NCBI GenBank assembly: GCA_051362555.1
Contig: CM120648.1
Location: 12,706,587 to 12,770,586, forward strand
Length of the DNA: 64,000 nt
Direction of reading: 5' to 3'
DNA from: Lingula anatina
Taxonomy: Eukaryota; Animalia; Brachiopoda
Part shown: piece after piece, positions 11,501 to 26,000 of the stretch
Layout of the letters: the number at the start of each line of letters is the position of its first letter
Position numbering within the stretch: position 1 is the stretch's first letter
Notes under the pieces: generated by a model
Databases searched by the model: none
The model's input: the letters and a program-made list of their open reading frames with translations, nothing else
What the model was told of the DNA's origin: nothing
Made by a program: the position numbers and the translations under genes

Positions 11501-14500
11501 TATTTCTCTGCAATCATTCTCTCTGTTCTGTTTGCCGTGATATTTATTTTTTACTTGGGCTATCTAGCATAACTTGCAGTAAATATTTCTTTTAAATTTA
11601 GAATTCATTGTATTTTGGCTTTTAGAGCAATTTAGTTGAAACAGAGGATCAATACTACTCCTTCTTCAGTTTTAAGTACACATGTATAAGGTAAAATATC
11701 ACAGATGTGTTACCAGCCAATTGTAATATGGTGATTTGTATAGACCGACTGATCTCCTCTATTAATGTATGTAAGATTGTGATTGTTCCAGTGTGTGAAT
11801 TTTCCCCAAGCAGTCCTCCAAATACTGCTGAAGTGCTGGGTGGGAATTTGGAAGGAGACATTATAAGTTACACCTGTCAAACAGGTTACACACTGATCTC
11901 TGGAGACCTGACAAGGACATGTCTAACTGGTGGAACATGGAGCGGTTCACCGCCTGTCTGTGACTGTAAGAAAATGATTAATAAACTAACTTCTACTTTT
12001 TTTCATGACACTTTATGTTTGCCAATATTATGTCTAATTTTCAAGATTAATTATTTTAAATTAATATCCTTAGCTGATGGATCATTTTTGACCAAGTATT
12101 ATACATTTCTCCATCCAGTTGGAGGGAGCTGGCTGGCCTGGGGAGCCTGGAGCAGCTGCTCTGTGACCTGTGGTACAGGAACCTCGTTTAGAAATCGTAC
12201 TTGTCACGATCCAAATCTGCCCAGTGAACTGGCGCTATGTGCAGGTGGAGCCACCAACTCTACCCAGACACTGTCCTGCTTTGATCAACACTGTCCAGGT
12301 AATTGTATTCCACCCAGACACTGTCCTGCTTTGAACAATACTGTCCAGGTAATTATATTCCACCCAGACACTGTCCTGCTTTGAACAATACTGTCCAGGT
12401 AATTATATTCCACCCAGACACTGTCCTGCTTTGAACAATACTGTCCAGGTAATTATATTCCACCCAGACACTGTCCTGCTTTGAACAATACTGTCCAGGT
12501 AATTATATTTCACACAGACACTGTCCTGCTTTGAACAATACTGTCCAGGTAATACTCCACACAGACACTGTCCTACTTTGAACAACACTGCCCATGTATT
12601 TAGGTATGTTGACTAATATTTGTACACATATTTTGTTTTACCTTTGATCACATAATTATAGTCTTCAGCACTTTGATTTAAAAAGGATTACTTTTCTGCT
12701 TTTCCAAATCTTCTTTTAGTGTTGTTTTTATTTTAACAGACCACCATATGGGTTCTGAAATAAAAAGGGACCTCATTAAAAATGACCATTTTATACAAAT
12801 TGGTTTTTATTTATTTTTTTTTTCAATTTTTTTTTTTTTTTTGATAATTCAATAATATTAATTTCTTTAAAAGGATACTACATACCTGTAAATCCTGCAT
12901 GAATTTGAAATCCTGGTATTATTTGAAAAACACTTTTCTGTACAAACTTGATGATAATATGTAATATACGTCTAAAAATACAATTACATCCAGCACCTTA
13001 AAACTCTCATCAGTTATTTCTCTGCAATCATTCTCTCTGTTCTGTTTGCCGTGATATTTATTTTTTTCTTGGGCTATCTAGCATAACTTGCAGTAAATTT
13101 TTTTTTTAATTTAGAATTCGTGTATTTTGGCTTTTAGAGCAATTTAGTTGAAACAGAGGATCAATACTACTCCTTCTTCAGTTTTAAGTACACATGTATA
13201 AGGTAAAACATCATAGATGTGTTACCAGCCAATTGTAATATGATGATTTGTATAGACTGACTGATCTCCTCTATTAATGTATGTAAGATTGTGATTGTTC
13301 CAGTGTGTGAATTTTCCCCAAGCAGTCCTCCAAATACTGCTGAAGTGCTGGGTGGGAATTTGGAAGGAGACATTATAAGTTACACCTGTCAAACAGGTTA
13401 CACACTGATCTCTGGAGACCTGACAAGGACATGTCTAACTGGTGGAACATGGAGCGGTTCACCGCCTGTCTGTGACTGTAAGAAAATGATTAAAAAACTA
13501 ACTTCTACTTTTTTTCATGACACTTTATGTTTGCCAATATTATGTCTAATTTTCAAGATTAATTATTTTAAATTAATATCCTTAGCTGATGGATCATTTT
13601 TGACCAAGTATTATACATTTCTCCATCCAGTTGGAGGGAGCTGGCTGGCCTGGGGAGCCTGGAGCAGCTGCTCTGTGACCTGTGGTACAGGAACCTACTT
13701 TAGAAATCGTACTTGTCACGATCCAAATCTGCCCAGTGAACTGGCGCTATGTGCAGGTGGAGCCACCAACTCTACCCAGACGCTGTCCTGCTTTGAACAA
13801 CACTGTCCAGGTAATTGTATTCCACCCAGACACTGTCCTGCTTTGAACAATACTGTCCAGGTAATTATATTCCACCCAGACACTGCCCTGCTTTGAACAA
13901 TACTGTCCAGGTAATTGTATTCCACCCAGACACTGTCCTGCTTTGACCAATACTGTCCAGGTTATTATATTCCACCCAGACACTGTCCTGCTTTGACTAA
14001 TACTGTCCAGGTAATACTCTACACAGACACTGTCCTGCTTTGAACAACGCTCCCCATGTATTTAGGTATGTTGACTAATATTTGTACACATATTTTATGT
14101 TTTACCTTTGATCACATTATTATAGTCTTCAGCACTTTGATATAAAAAGGATTATTTTTCTGCATTTTTAAATCTTCTTTTTGTGTTGTTGTTATTTTAA
14201 TAGACCATCATATGGGTTCTGAAATAAAAAGGGTCTTCATTAAAAATGACCATTTTGTACAAATTGGTTTTAATTTATTTTTTTTTTCAAAATTTTTTTT
14301 TTTTTTTTTTTTTTGATACTTCAATAATATAAATTTCTTTAAAAGGGTACTACATACCTGTAAATCCTGCATGAATTTGAAATCCTGGTATTATTTGAAA
14401 AACACTTTTCTGTACAAACTTGATGATAATATGTAATATACGTCTAAAAATACAATTACATCCAGCACCTTAAAACTCTCATCAGTTATTTCTCTGCAAT

Positions 14501-17500
14501 CATTCTCTCTGTTCTGTTTGCCGTGATATTTATTTTTTACTTGGGCTATCTAGCATAACTTGCAGTAAATATTTTTTTTAAATTTAGAATTCATTGTATT
14601 TTGGCTTTTAGAGCAATTTAGTTGAAACAGAGGATCAATACTACTCCTTCTTCAGTTTTAAGTACACATGTATAAGGTAAAATATCACAGATGTGTTACC
14701 AGCCAATTGTAATATGGTGATTTGTATAGACCGACTGATCTCCTCTATTAATGTATGTAAGATTGTGATTGTTCCAGTGTGTGAATTTTCCCCAAGCAGT
14801 CCTCCAAATACTGCTGAAGTGCTGGGTGGGAATTTGGAAGGAGACATTATAAGTTACACCTGTCAAACAGGTTACACACTGATCTCTGGAGACCTGACAA
14901 GGACATGTCTAACTGGTGGAACATGGAGCGGTTCACCGCCTGTCTGTGACTGTAAGAAAATGATTAATAAACTAACTTCTACTTTTTTTCATGACACTTT
15001 ATGTTTGCCAATATTATGTCTAATTTTCAAGATTAATTATTTTAAATTAATATCCTTAGCTGATGGATCATTTTTGACCAAGTATTATACATTTCTCCAT
15101 CCAGTTGGAGGGAGCTGGCTGGCCTGGGGAGCCTGGAGCAGCTGCTCTGTGACCTGTGGTACAGGAACCTCCTTTAGAAATCGTACTTGTCACGATCCAA
15201 ATCTGCCCAGTGAACTGGCGCTATGTGCAGGTGGAGCCACCAACTCTACCCAGACACTGTCCTGCTTTGATCAACACTGTCCAGGTAATTGTATTCCACC
15301 CAGACACTGTCCTGCTTTGAACAATACTGTCCAGGTAATTATATTCCACCCAGACACTGTCCTGCTTTGAACAATACTGTCCAGGTAATTATATTCCACC
15401 CAGACACTGTCCTGCTTTGAACAATACTGTCCAGGTAATTATATTCCACCCAGACACTGTCCTGCTTTGAACAATACTGTCCAGGTAATTATATTTCACA
15501 CAGACACTGTCCTGCTTTGAACAATACTGTCCAGGTAATACTCCACACAGACACTGTCCTACTTTGAACAACACTGCCCATGTATTTAGGTATGTTGACT
15601 AATATTTGTACACATATTTTGTTTTACCTTTGATCACATAATTATAGTCTTCAGCACTTTGATTTAAAAAGGATTACTTTTCTGCTTTTCCAAATCTTCT
15701 TTTAGTGTTGTTTTTATTTTAACAGACCACCATATGGGTTCTGAAATAAAAAGGGACCTCATTAAAAATGACCATTTTATACAAATTGGTTTTTATTTAT
15801 TTTTTTTTTTCAATTTTTTTTTTTTTTTTTTGATAATTCAATAATATTAATTTCTTTAAAAGGATACTACATACCTGTAAATCCTGCATGAATTTGAAAT
15901 CCTGGTATTATTTGAAAAACACTTTTCTGTACAAACTTGATGATAATATGTAATATACGTCTAAAAATACAATTACATCCAGCACCTTAAAACTCTCATC
16001 AGTTATTTCTCTGCAATCATTCTCTCTGTTCTGTTTGCCGTGATATTTATTTTTTTCTTGGGCTATCTAGCATAACTTGCAGTAAATTTTTTTATAAATT
16101 GAGAATTCGTGTATTTTGGCTTTTAGAGCAATTTAGTTGAAACAGAGGATCAATACTACTCCTTCTTCAGTTTTAAGTACACATGTATAAGGTAAAACAT
16201 CATAGATGTGTTACCAGCCAATTGTAATATGATGATTTGTATAGACTGACTGATCTCCTCTATTAATGTATGTAAGATTGTGATTGTTCCAGTGTGTGAA
16301 TTTTCCCCAAGCAGTCCTCCAAATACTGCTGAAGTGCTGGGTGGGAATTTGGAAGGAGACATTATAAGTTACACCTGTCAAACAGGTTACACACTGATCT
16401 CTGGAGACCTGACAAGGACATGTCTAACTGGTGGAACATGGAGTGGTTCACCGCCTGTCTGTGACTGTAAGAAAATGATTAAAAAACTAACTTCTACTTT
16501 TTTTCATGACACTTTATGTTTGCCAATATTATGTCTAATTTTCAAGATTAATTATTTTAAATTAATATCCTTAGCTGATGGATCATTTTTGACCAAGTAT
16601 TATACATTTCTCCATCCAGTTGGAGGGAGCTGGCTGGCCTGGGGAGCCTGGAGCAGCTGCTCTGTGACCTGTGGTACAGGAACCTACTTTAGAAATCGTA
16701 CTTGTCACGATCCAAATCTGCCCAGTGAACTGGCGCTATGTGCAGGTGGAGCCACCAACTCTACCCAGACGCTGTCCTGCTTTGAACAACACTGTCCAGG
16801 TAATTGTATTCCACCCAGACACTGTCCTGCTTTGAGCAATACTGTCCAGGTAATTGTATTCCACCCAGACACTGTCCTGCTTTGAACAACACTGTCCAGG
16901 TAATTGTATTCCACCCAGACACTGTCCTGCTTTGACCAATACTGTCCAGGTTATTATATTCCACCCAGACACTGTCCTGCTTTGACTAATACTGTCCAGG
17001 TAATACTCTACACAGACACTGTCCTGCTTTGAACAACGCTCCCCATGTATTTAGGTATGTTGACTAATATTTGTACACATATTTTATGTTTTACCTTTGA
17101 TCACATTATTATAGTCTTCAGCACTTTGATATAAAAAGGATTATTTTTCTGCATTTTTAAATCTTCTTTTTGTGTTGTTGTTATTTTAATAGACCATCAT
17201 ATGGGTTCTGAAATAAAAAGGGTCTTCATTAAAAATGACCATTTTGTACAAATTGGTTTTAATTTATTTTTTTTTTTCAAAATTTTTTTTTTTTTTTTTT
17301 TTTGATAATTCAATAATATAAATTTCTTTAAAAGGATACTACATACCTGTAAATCCTGCATGAATTTGAAATCCTGGTATTATTTGAAAAACACTTTTCT
17401 GTACAAACTTGATGATAATATGTAATATACGTCTAAAAATACAATTACATCCAGCACCTTAAAACTCTCATCAGTTATTTCTCTGCAATCATTCTCTCTG

Positions 17501-20122
17501 TTCTGTTTGCCGTGATATTTATTTTTTACTTGGGCTATCTAGCATAACTTGCAGTAAATATTTTTTTTAAATTTAGAATTCATTGTATTTTGGCTTTTAG
17601 AGCAATTTAGTTGAAACAGAGGATCAATACTACTCCTTCTTCAGTTTTAAGTACACATGTATAAGGTAAAATATCACAGATGTGTTACCAGCCAATTGTA
17701 ATATGGTGATTTGTATAGACCGACTGATCTCCTCTATTAATGTATGTAAGATTGTGATTGTTCCAGTGTGTGAATTTTCCCCAAGCTGTCCTCCACATAC
17801 TGCTGAAGTGCTGGGTGGGAATTTGGAAGGAGACATTATAAGTTACACCTGTCAAACAGGTTACACACTGATCTCTGGAGACCTGACAAGGACATGTCTA
17901 ACTGGTGGAACATGGAGCGGTTCACCGCCTGTCTGTGACTGTAAGAAAATGATTAATAAACTAACTTCTACTTTTTTTCATGACACTTTATGTTTGCCAA
18001 TATTATGTCTAATTTTCAAGATTAATTATTTTAAATTAATATCCTTAGCTGATGGATCATTTTTGACCAAGTATTATACATTTCTCCATCCAGTTGGTGG
18101 GAGCTGGCTGGCCTGGGGAGCCTGGAGCAGCTGCTCTGTGACCTGTGGTACAGGAACCTCCTTTAGAAATCGTACTTGTCACGATCCAAATCTGCCCAGT
18201 GAACTGGCGCTATGTGCAGGTGGAGCCACCAACTCTACCCAGACACTGTCCTGCTTTGATCAACACTGTCCAGGTAATTGTATTCCACCCAGACACTGTC
18301 CTGCTTTGAACAACACTGTCCAGGTAATTATATTCCACCCAGACACTGTCCTGCTTTGAACAATACTGTCCAGGTAATTATATTCCACCCAGACACTGTC
18401 CTGCTTTGAACAATACTGTCCAGGTAATACTCCACACAGACACTGTCCTACTTTGAACAACACTGCCCATGTATTTAGGTATGTTGACTAATATTTGTAC
18501 ACATATTTTGTTTTACCTTTGATGACATAATTATAGTCTTCAGCACTTTGATTTAAAAAGGATTACTTTTCTGCTTTTCCAAATCTTCTTTTAGTGTTGT
18601 TTTTATTTTAACAGACCACCATATGGGTTCTGAAATAAAAAGGGACCTCATTAAAAATGACCATTTTATACAAATTGGTTTTTATTTATTTTTTTTTTTC
18701 AATTTTTTTTTTTTTTTTTTTTTTTTGATAATTCAATAATATTAATTTCTTTAAAAGGATACTACATACCTGTAAATCCTGCATGAATTTGAAATCCTGG
18801 TATTATTTGAAAAACACTTTTCTGTACAAACTTGATGATAATATGTAATATACGTCTAAAAATACAATTACATCCAGCACCTTAAAACTCTCATCAGTTA
18901 TTTCTCTGCAATCATTCTCTCTGTTCTGTTTGCCATGATATTTATTTTTTTCTTGGGCCATCTAGCATAACTTGCAGTAAATTTTTTTTTTAATTTAGAA
19001 TTTGTGTATTTTGGCTTTTAGAGCAATTTAGTTGAAACAGAGGATCAATACTACTCCTTCTTCAGTTTTAAGTACACCTGTATAAGGTAAAACATCATAG
19101 ATGTGTTACCAGCCAATTGTAATATGGTGATTTGTATAGACTGACTGATCTCCTCTATTAATGTATGTAAGATTGTGATTGTTCCAGTGTGTGAATTTTC
19201 CCCAAGCAGTCCTCCAAATACTGCTGAAGTGCTGGGTGGGAATTTGGAAGGAGACATTATAAGTTACACCTGTCAAACAGGTTACACACTGATCTCTGGA
19301 GACCTGACAAGGACATGTCTAACTGGTGGAACATGGAGCGGTTCACCGCCTGTCTGTGACTGTAAGAAAATGATTAAAAAACTAACTTCTACTTTTTTTC
19401 ATGACACTTTATGTTTGCCAATATTATGTCTAATTTTCAAGATTAATTATTTTGAATTAATATCCTTAGCTGATGGATCATTTTTTTGACCAAGTATTAT
19501 ACATTTCTCCATCCAGTTGGAGGGAGCTGGCTGGCCTGGGGAGCCTGGAGCAGCTGCTCTGTGACCTGTGGTACAGGAACCTACTTTAGAAATCGTACTT
19601 GTCACGATCCAAATCTGCCCAGTGAACTGGCGCTATGTGCAGGTGGAGCCACCAACTCTACCCAGACGCTGTCCTGCTTTGAACAACACTGTCCAGGTAA
19701 TTGTATTCCACCCAGACACTGTCCTGCTTTGAACAACACTGTCCAGGTAATTGTATTTCACCCAGACACTGTCCTGCTTTGACCAATACTGTCCAGGTAA
19801 TTATATTCCACCCAGACACTGTCCTGCTTTGACTAATACTGTCCAGGTAATACTCTACACAGACACTGTCCTGCTTTGAACAACGCTCCCCATGTATTTA
19901 GGTATGTTGACTAATATTTGTACACATATTTTATGTTTTACCTTTGATCACATTATTATAGTCTTCAGCACTTTGATATCAAAAGGATTATTTTTCTGCA
20001 TTTTTAAATCTTCTTTTTGTGTTGTTGTTATTTTAATAGACCATCATATGGGTTCTGAAATAAAAAGGGTCTTCATTAAAAATGACCATTTTGTACAAAT
20101 TGGTTTTAATTTATTTTTTTTT

Positions 20123-20155
<33 letters not shown>

Positions 20156-23029
20156 GATAATTCAATAATATAAATTTCTTTAAAAGGATACTACATACCT
20201 GTAAATCCTGCATGAATTTGAAATCCTGGTATTATTTGAAAAACACTTTTCTGTACAAACTTGATGATAATATGTAATATACGTCTAAAAATACAATTAC
20301 ATCCAGCACCTTAAAACTCTCATCAGTTATTTCTCTGCAATCATTCTCTCTGTTCTGTTTGCCGTGATATTTATTTTTTACTTGGGCTATCTAGCATAAC
20401 TTGCAGTAAATATTTTTTTTTAATTTAGAATTAATTGTATTTTGGCTTTTAGAGCAATTTAGTTGAAACAGAGGATCAATACTACTCCTTCTTCAGTTTT
20501 AAGTACACATGTATAAGGTAAAATATCACAGATGTGTTACCAGCCAATTGTAATATGGTGATTTGTATAGACCGACTGATCTCCTCTATTAATGTATGTA
20601 AGATTGTGATTGTTCCAGTGTGTGAATTTTCCCCAAGCAGTCCTCCAAATACTGCTGAAGTGATGGGTGGGAATTTGGAAGGAGACATTATAAGTTACAC
20701 CTGTCAAACAGGTTACACACTGATCTCTGGAGACCTGACAAGGACATGTCTAACTGGTGGAACATGGAGCGGTTCACCGCCTGTCTGTGACTGTAAGAAA
20801 ATGATTAATAAACTAACTTCTACTTTTTTTCATGACACTTTATGTTTGCCAATATTATGTCTAATTTTCAAGATTAATTATTTTAAATTAATATCCTTAG
20901 CTGATGGATCATTTTTGACCAAGTATTATACATTTCTCCATCCAGTTGGAGGGAGCTGGCTGGCCTGGGGAGCCTGGAGCAGCTGCTCTGTGACCTGTGG
21001 TACAGGAACCTCCTTTAGAAATCGTACTTGTCACGATCCAAATCTGCCCAGTGAACTGGCGCTATGTGCAGGTGGAGCCACCAACTCTACCCAGACACTG
21101 TCCTGCTTTGAACAACACTGTCCAGGTAATTGTATTCCACCCAGATACTGTCCTGCTTTGAATAACACTGTCCAGGTAATTATATTCCACCCAGACACTG
21201 TCCTGCTTTGACCAATACTGTCCAGGTAATTATATTCCAGCCAGACACTGTCCTGCTTTTGCCAATACTGTCCAGGTAATTATATTCCACCCAGACACTG
21301 TCCTGCTTTGACCAATACTGTCCAGGTAATTATATTTCACCCAGACACTGTCCTGCTTTGAACAATGCTCCCCATGTATTTAGGTATGTTGACTAATATT
21401 TGTACACATATTTTATGTTTTACCTTTGATCACATAATTATAGTCTTCAGCACTTTGATATAAAAATGATTATTTTTCTGCATTTTTAAATCTTCTTTTT
21501 GTGTTGTTGTTATTTTAATAGACCATCATATGGGTTCTGAAATAAAAAGGGTCTTCATTAAAAATGACCATTTTGTACAAATTGGTTTTAATTTATTTTT
21601 TTTTTCAAATTTTTTTTTTTTTTTTTTTTTTTTGATAATTCAATAATATAAATTTCTTTAAAAGGATACTACATACCTGTAAATCCTGCATGAATTTGAA
21701 ATCCTGGTATTATTTGAAAAACACTTTTCTGTACAAACTTGATGATAATATGTAATATACGTCTAAAAATACAATTACATCCAGCACCTTAAAACTCTCA
21801 TCAGTTATTTCTCTGCAATCATTATCTCTGTTCGGTTTTCCGTGATATTTATTTTTTTCTTGGGCCATCTAGCATAACTAGCAGTAAATATTTTTTTAAA
21901 TTTAGAATTCAGTGTATTTTGGCTTTTAGAGCAATTTAGTTGAAACAGAGGATCAATACTACTCCTTCTTCAGTTTTAAGTACACATGTATAAGGTAAAA
22001 CATCATAGATGTGTTACCAGCCAATTGTAATATGGTGACTTATATAGACTGACTGATCTCCTCTATTAATGTATGTAAGATTGTGATTGTTCCAGTGTGT
22101 GAATTTTCCCCAAGCAGTCCTCCAAATACTGCTGAAGTGCTGGGTGGGAATTTGGAAGGAGACATTATAAGTTACACCTGTCAAACAGGTTACACACTGA
22201 TCTCTGGAGACCTGACAAGGACATGTCTAACTGGTGGAACATGGAGCGGTTCACCGCCTGTCTGTGACTGTAAGAAAATGATTAAAAAACTAACTTCTAC
22301 TTTTTTTCATGACACTTTATGTTTGCCAATATTATGTCTAATTTTCAAGATTAATTATTTTAAATTAATATCCTTAGCTGATGGATCATTTTTGACCAAG
22401 TATTATACATTTCTCCATCCAGTTGGAGGGAGCTGGCTGGCCTGGGGAGCCTGGAGCAGCTGCTCTGTGACCTGTGGTACAGGAACCTCCTTTAGAAATC
22501 GTACTTGTCACGATCCAAATCTGCCCAGTGAACTGGCGCTATGTGCAGGTGGAGCCACCAACTCTACCCAGACACTGTCCTGCTTTGATCAACACTGTCC
22601 AGGTAATTGTATTCCACCCAGACACTGTCCTGCTTTGAACAATACTGTCCAGGTAATTATATTCCACCCAGACACTGTCCTGCTTTGAACAATACTGTCC
22701 AGGTAATTATATTCCACCCAGACACTGTCCTGCTTTGAACAATACTGTCCAGGTAATACTCCACACAGACACTGTCCTACTTTGAACAACACTGCCCATG
22801 TATTTAGGTATGTTGACTAATATTTGTACACATATTTTGTTTTACCTTTGATCACATAATTATAGTCTTCAGCACTTTGATTTAAAAAGGATTACTTTTC
22901 TGCTTTTCCAAATCTTCTTTTACTGTTGTTTTTATTTTAACAGACCATCATATGGGTTCTGAAATAAAAAGGGACCTCATTAAAAATGACCATTTTATAC
23001 AAATTGGTTTTTATTTGTTTTTTTTTTTT

Positions 23030-23060
<31 letters not shown>

Positions 23061-26000
23061 GATAATTCAATAATTTTAATTTCTTTAAAAGGATACTACA
23101 TACCTGTAAACCCTGCATGAATTTGAAATCCTGGTATTATTTGAAAAACACTTTTCTGTACAAACTTGATGATAATATGTAATATACGTCTAAAAATACA
23201 ATTACATCCAGCACCTTAAAACTCTCATCAGTTATTTCTCTGCAATCATTCTCTCTGTTCTGTTTGCCGTGATATTTATTTTTTTCTTGGGCTATCTAGC
23301 ATAACTTGCAGTAAATTTTTTTTTTAATTTAGAATTCGTGTATTTTGGCTTTTAGAGCAATTTAGTTGAAACAGAGGATCAATACTACTCCTTCTTCAGT
23401 TTTAAGTACACATGTATAAGGTAAAACATCATAGATGTGTTACCAGCCAATTGTAATATGGTGATTTGTATAGACTGACTGATCTCCTCTATTAATGTAT
23501 GTAAGATTGTGATTGTTCCAGTGTGTGAATTTTCCCCAAGCAGTCCTCCAAATACTGCTGAAGTGCTGGGTGGGAATTTGGAAGGAGACATTATAAGTTA
23601 CACCTGTCAAACAGGTTACACACTGATCTCTGGAGACCTGACAAGGACATGTCTAACTGGTGGAACATGGAGTGGTTCACCGCCTGTCTGTGACTGTAAG
23701 AAAATGATTAAAAAACTAACTTCTACTTTTTTTCATGACACTTTATGTTTGCCAATATTATGTCTAATTTTCAAGATTAATTATTTTAAATTAATATCCT
23801 TAGCTGATGGATCATTTTTGACCAAGTATTATACATTTCTCCATCCAGTTGGAGGGAGCTGGCTGGCCTGGGGAGCCTGGAGCAGCTGCTCTGTGACCTG
23901 TGGTACAGGAACCTACTTTAGAAATCGTACTTGTCACGATCCAAATCTGCCCAGTGAACTGGCGCTATGTGCAGGTGGAGCCACCAACTCTACCCAGACG
24001 CTGTCCTGCTTTGAACAACACTGTCCAGGTAATTGTATTCCACCCAGACACTGTCCTGCTTTGAACAACACTGTCCAGGTAATTGTATTCCACCCAGACA
24101 CTGTCCTGCTTTGACCAATACTGTCCAGGTAATTATATTCCACCCGGACACTGTCCTGCTTTGACTAATACTGTCCAGGTAATACTCTACACAGACACTG
24201 TCCTGCTTTGAACAACGCTCCCCATGTATTGAGGTATGTTGACTAATATTTGTACACATATTTTATGTTTTACCTTTGATCACTTTATTATAGTCTTCAG
24301 CACTTTGATATAAAAAGGATTATTTTTCTGCATTTTTAAATCTTATTTTTGTGTTGTTGTTATTTTAATAGACCATCGTATGGGTTCTGAAATAAAAAGG
24401 GACCTCATTAAAAATGTCCATTTTCTACAAATTGTTTTTTTTTTTTTTTTTCAATTTTTTTATTTTGATAATTCAATAATTTTAATTTCTTTAAAAGGCT
24501 ACTACATACAGTATAGCTATTAAAAAACAGGACTACTGTTACGCGTTAGAACGATAACTGATTTAATTCTCGTAAGATTACCATCCACCCCCTTCCTTAT
24601 GAATAGGTATTACTTTATTAATACAATGCAACCGACGTGTAGCCGCAAGTTAGTTGGTTACGCACAGCAGTATGAGGCCGCTACCCCTTCCCAGCAAGGA
24701 GTCAACTAAGCCGCAAGTTAGAAGACAATGCGTGATTACTCATAGCAGTAGGAGGCCGCTACCGCTCCCCAGCAAGGAGTCAACACAGCAGCGCGTAACC
24801 CGGGCTTAATTAGGGGTTATTGGCTGTCCACTTATGATCGGTATTGTTCGTCTTGATTGCAGCACACTTCCTACTCACTATTGGTTCGCCTGCCTCTTCT
24901 TTAAATGCTCTCTCAAACCTTTCCTCAGTCAGCCGAGAATGGAAACACGTTTATCTGCCGATAAACTACGTCGTTGATGTATTATTCGGCATCATTCTAC
25001 AGTGGGTCATAAGGCTCTATCTATGATTTTTTTCGACTCGCATTTTACCAGGTTAAGCTGACGCTCGAAAACTAAATTTAATGAATAATTTTCTCACGTG
25101 CACGTATCCAGCTAATTTTAGGACAATAACTTCCACGGCACCTCCGCCATTTGCAATTGTAGACGAACCACGGGTTTCCAACTGATAGGCCAATACAACT
25201 ATACCAGACCCATTGCATGAGAAAAGACTGTTTATATTTAATGAATTAAAAAACATTTGAGGATCACGATTTTCTACTGATATACTACCGATGGTATCCC
25301 TGTATTAAATCATCCACTGCTACCTGCTACCCCCTCTATTGTAGTGTAGCATGGCTCGCATCACAAGATGGCCTTAGAAATGAAGTAGGCCTAAGACAGG
25401 CATACACTCTGATAGTTTTTAGTATATTATTAAACCTAATGCTGTTTCTTGTCATTCATTCTAGAACTCTCTGAGCCATCGAAACATTATTTGCCAGGAC
25501 ATGAATAGGTTACTTCTTAACGGATTTTTTTATTTTCACTGAGTCAAATACTGTTCGAGGACGTCTCTGTCGTTATCGCCATTTCTCGGACGTCATTTAT
25601 ACGGCGTTGAACGGCAGTCCCAGACAAAGGATCGGAAAGTTTCCAAATAAAAGAACTTATAAATGCTGCCACTAGCCAATGTTATTGTTCCTAAGTAAAG
25701 AGAGGAGATAATGATCTGTTCTTTCTTCTAGCTTAGTCTGTTGACTAAAATGAACAAGTTTAGGCCTACAATGCAACCGCCAATTATTACGACCATTAAT
25801 GAGGTTCTTTGCTACACTCCCTTTCTTCATGATCGCGAAACCCGTGGAGTGGTGTGTTTTAAATATATAAAAAGGGTCTCGCGAGGTGAAGCTATAATAA
25901 TGAACTAAAAAAATACGGTGAATATCTAATAAACCATGAAGCACGTAGCCTAGGCCTCTTCTTTGACCGACATCACATTTTTACGTTCTTTGTTTTAATA

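Noticed and set aside
8856-24259. Recurrent minus-strand ORFs (MSPSKFPP..., MEYNYLDS...) and Phe-rich plus ORFs (9697, 19892)
   Set aside because: Shadows of the repeated exons, minisatellite and T-rich introns; recurrence reflects DNA duplication, not coding.
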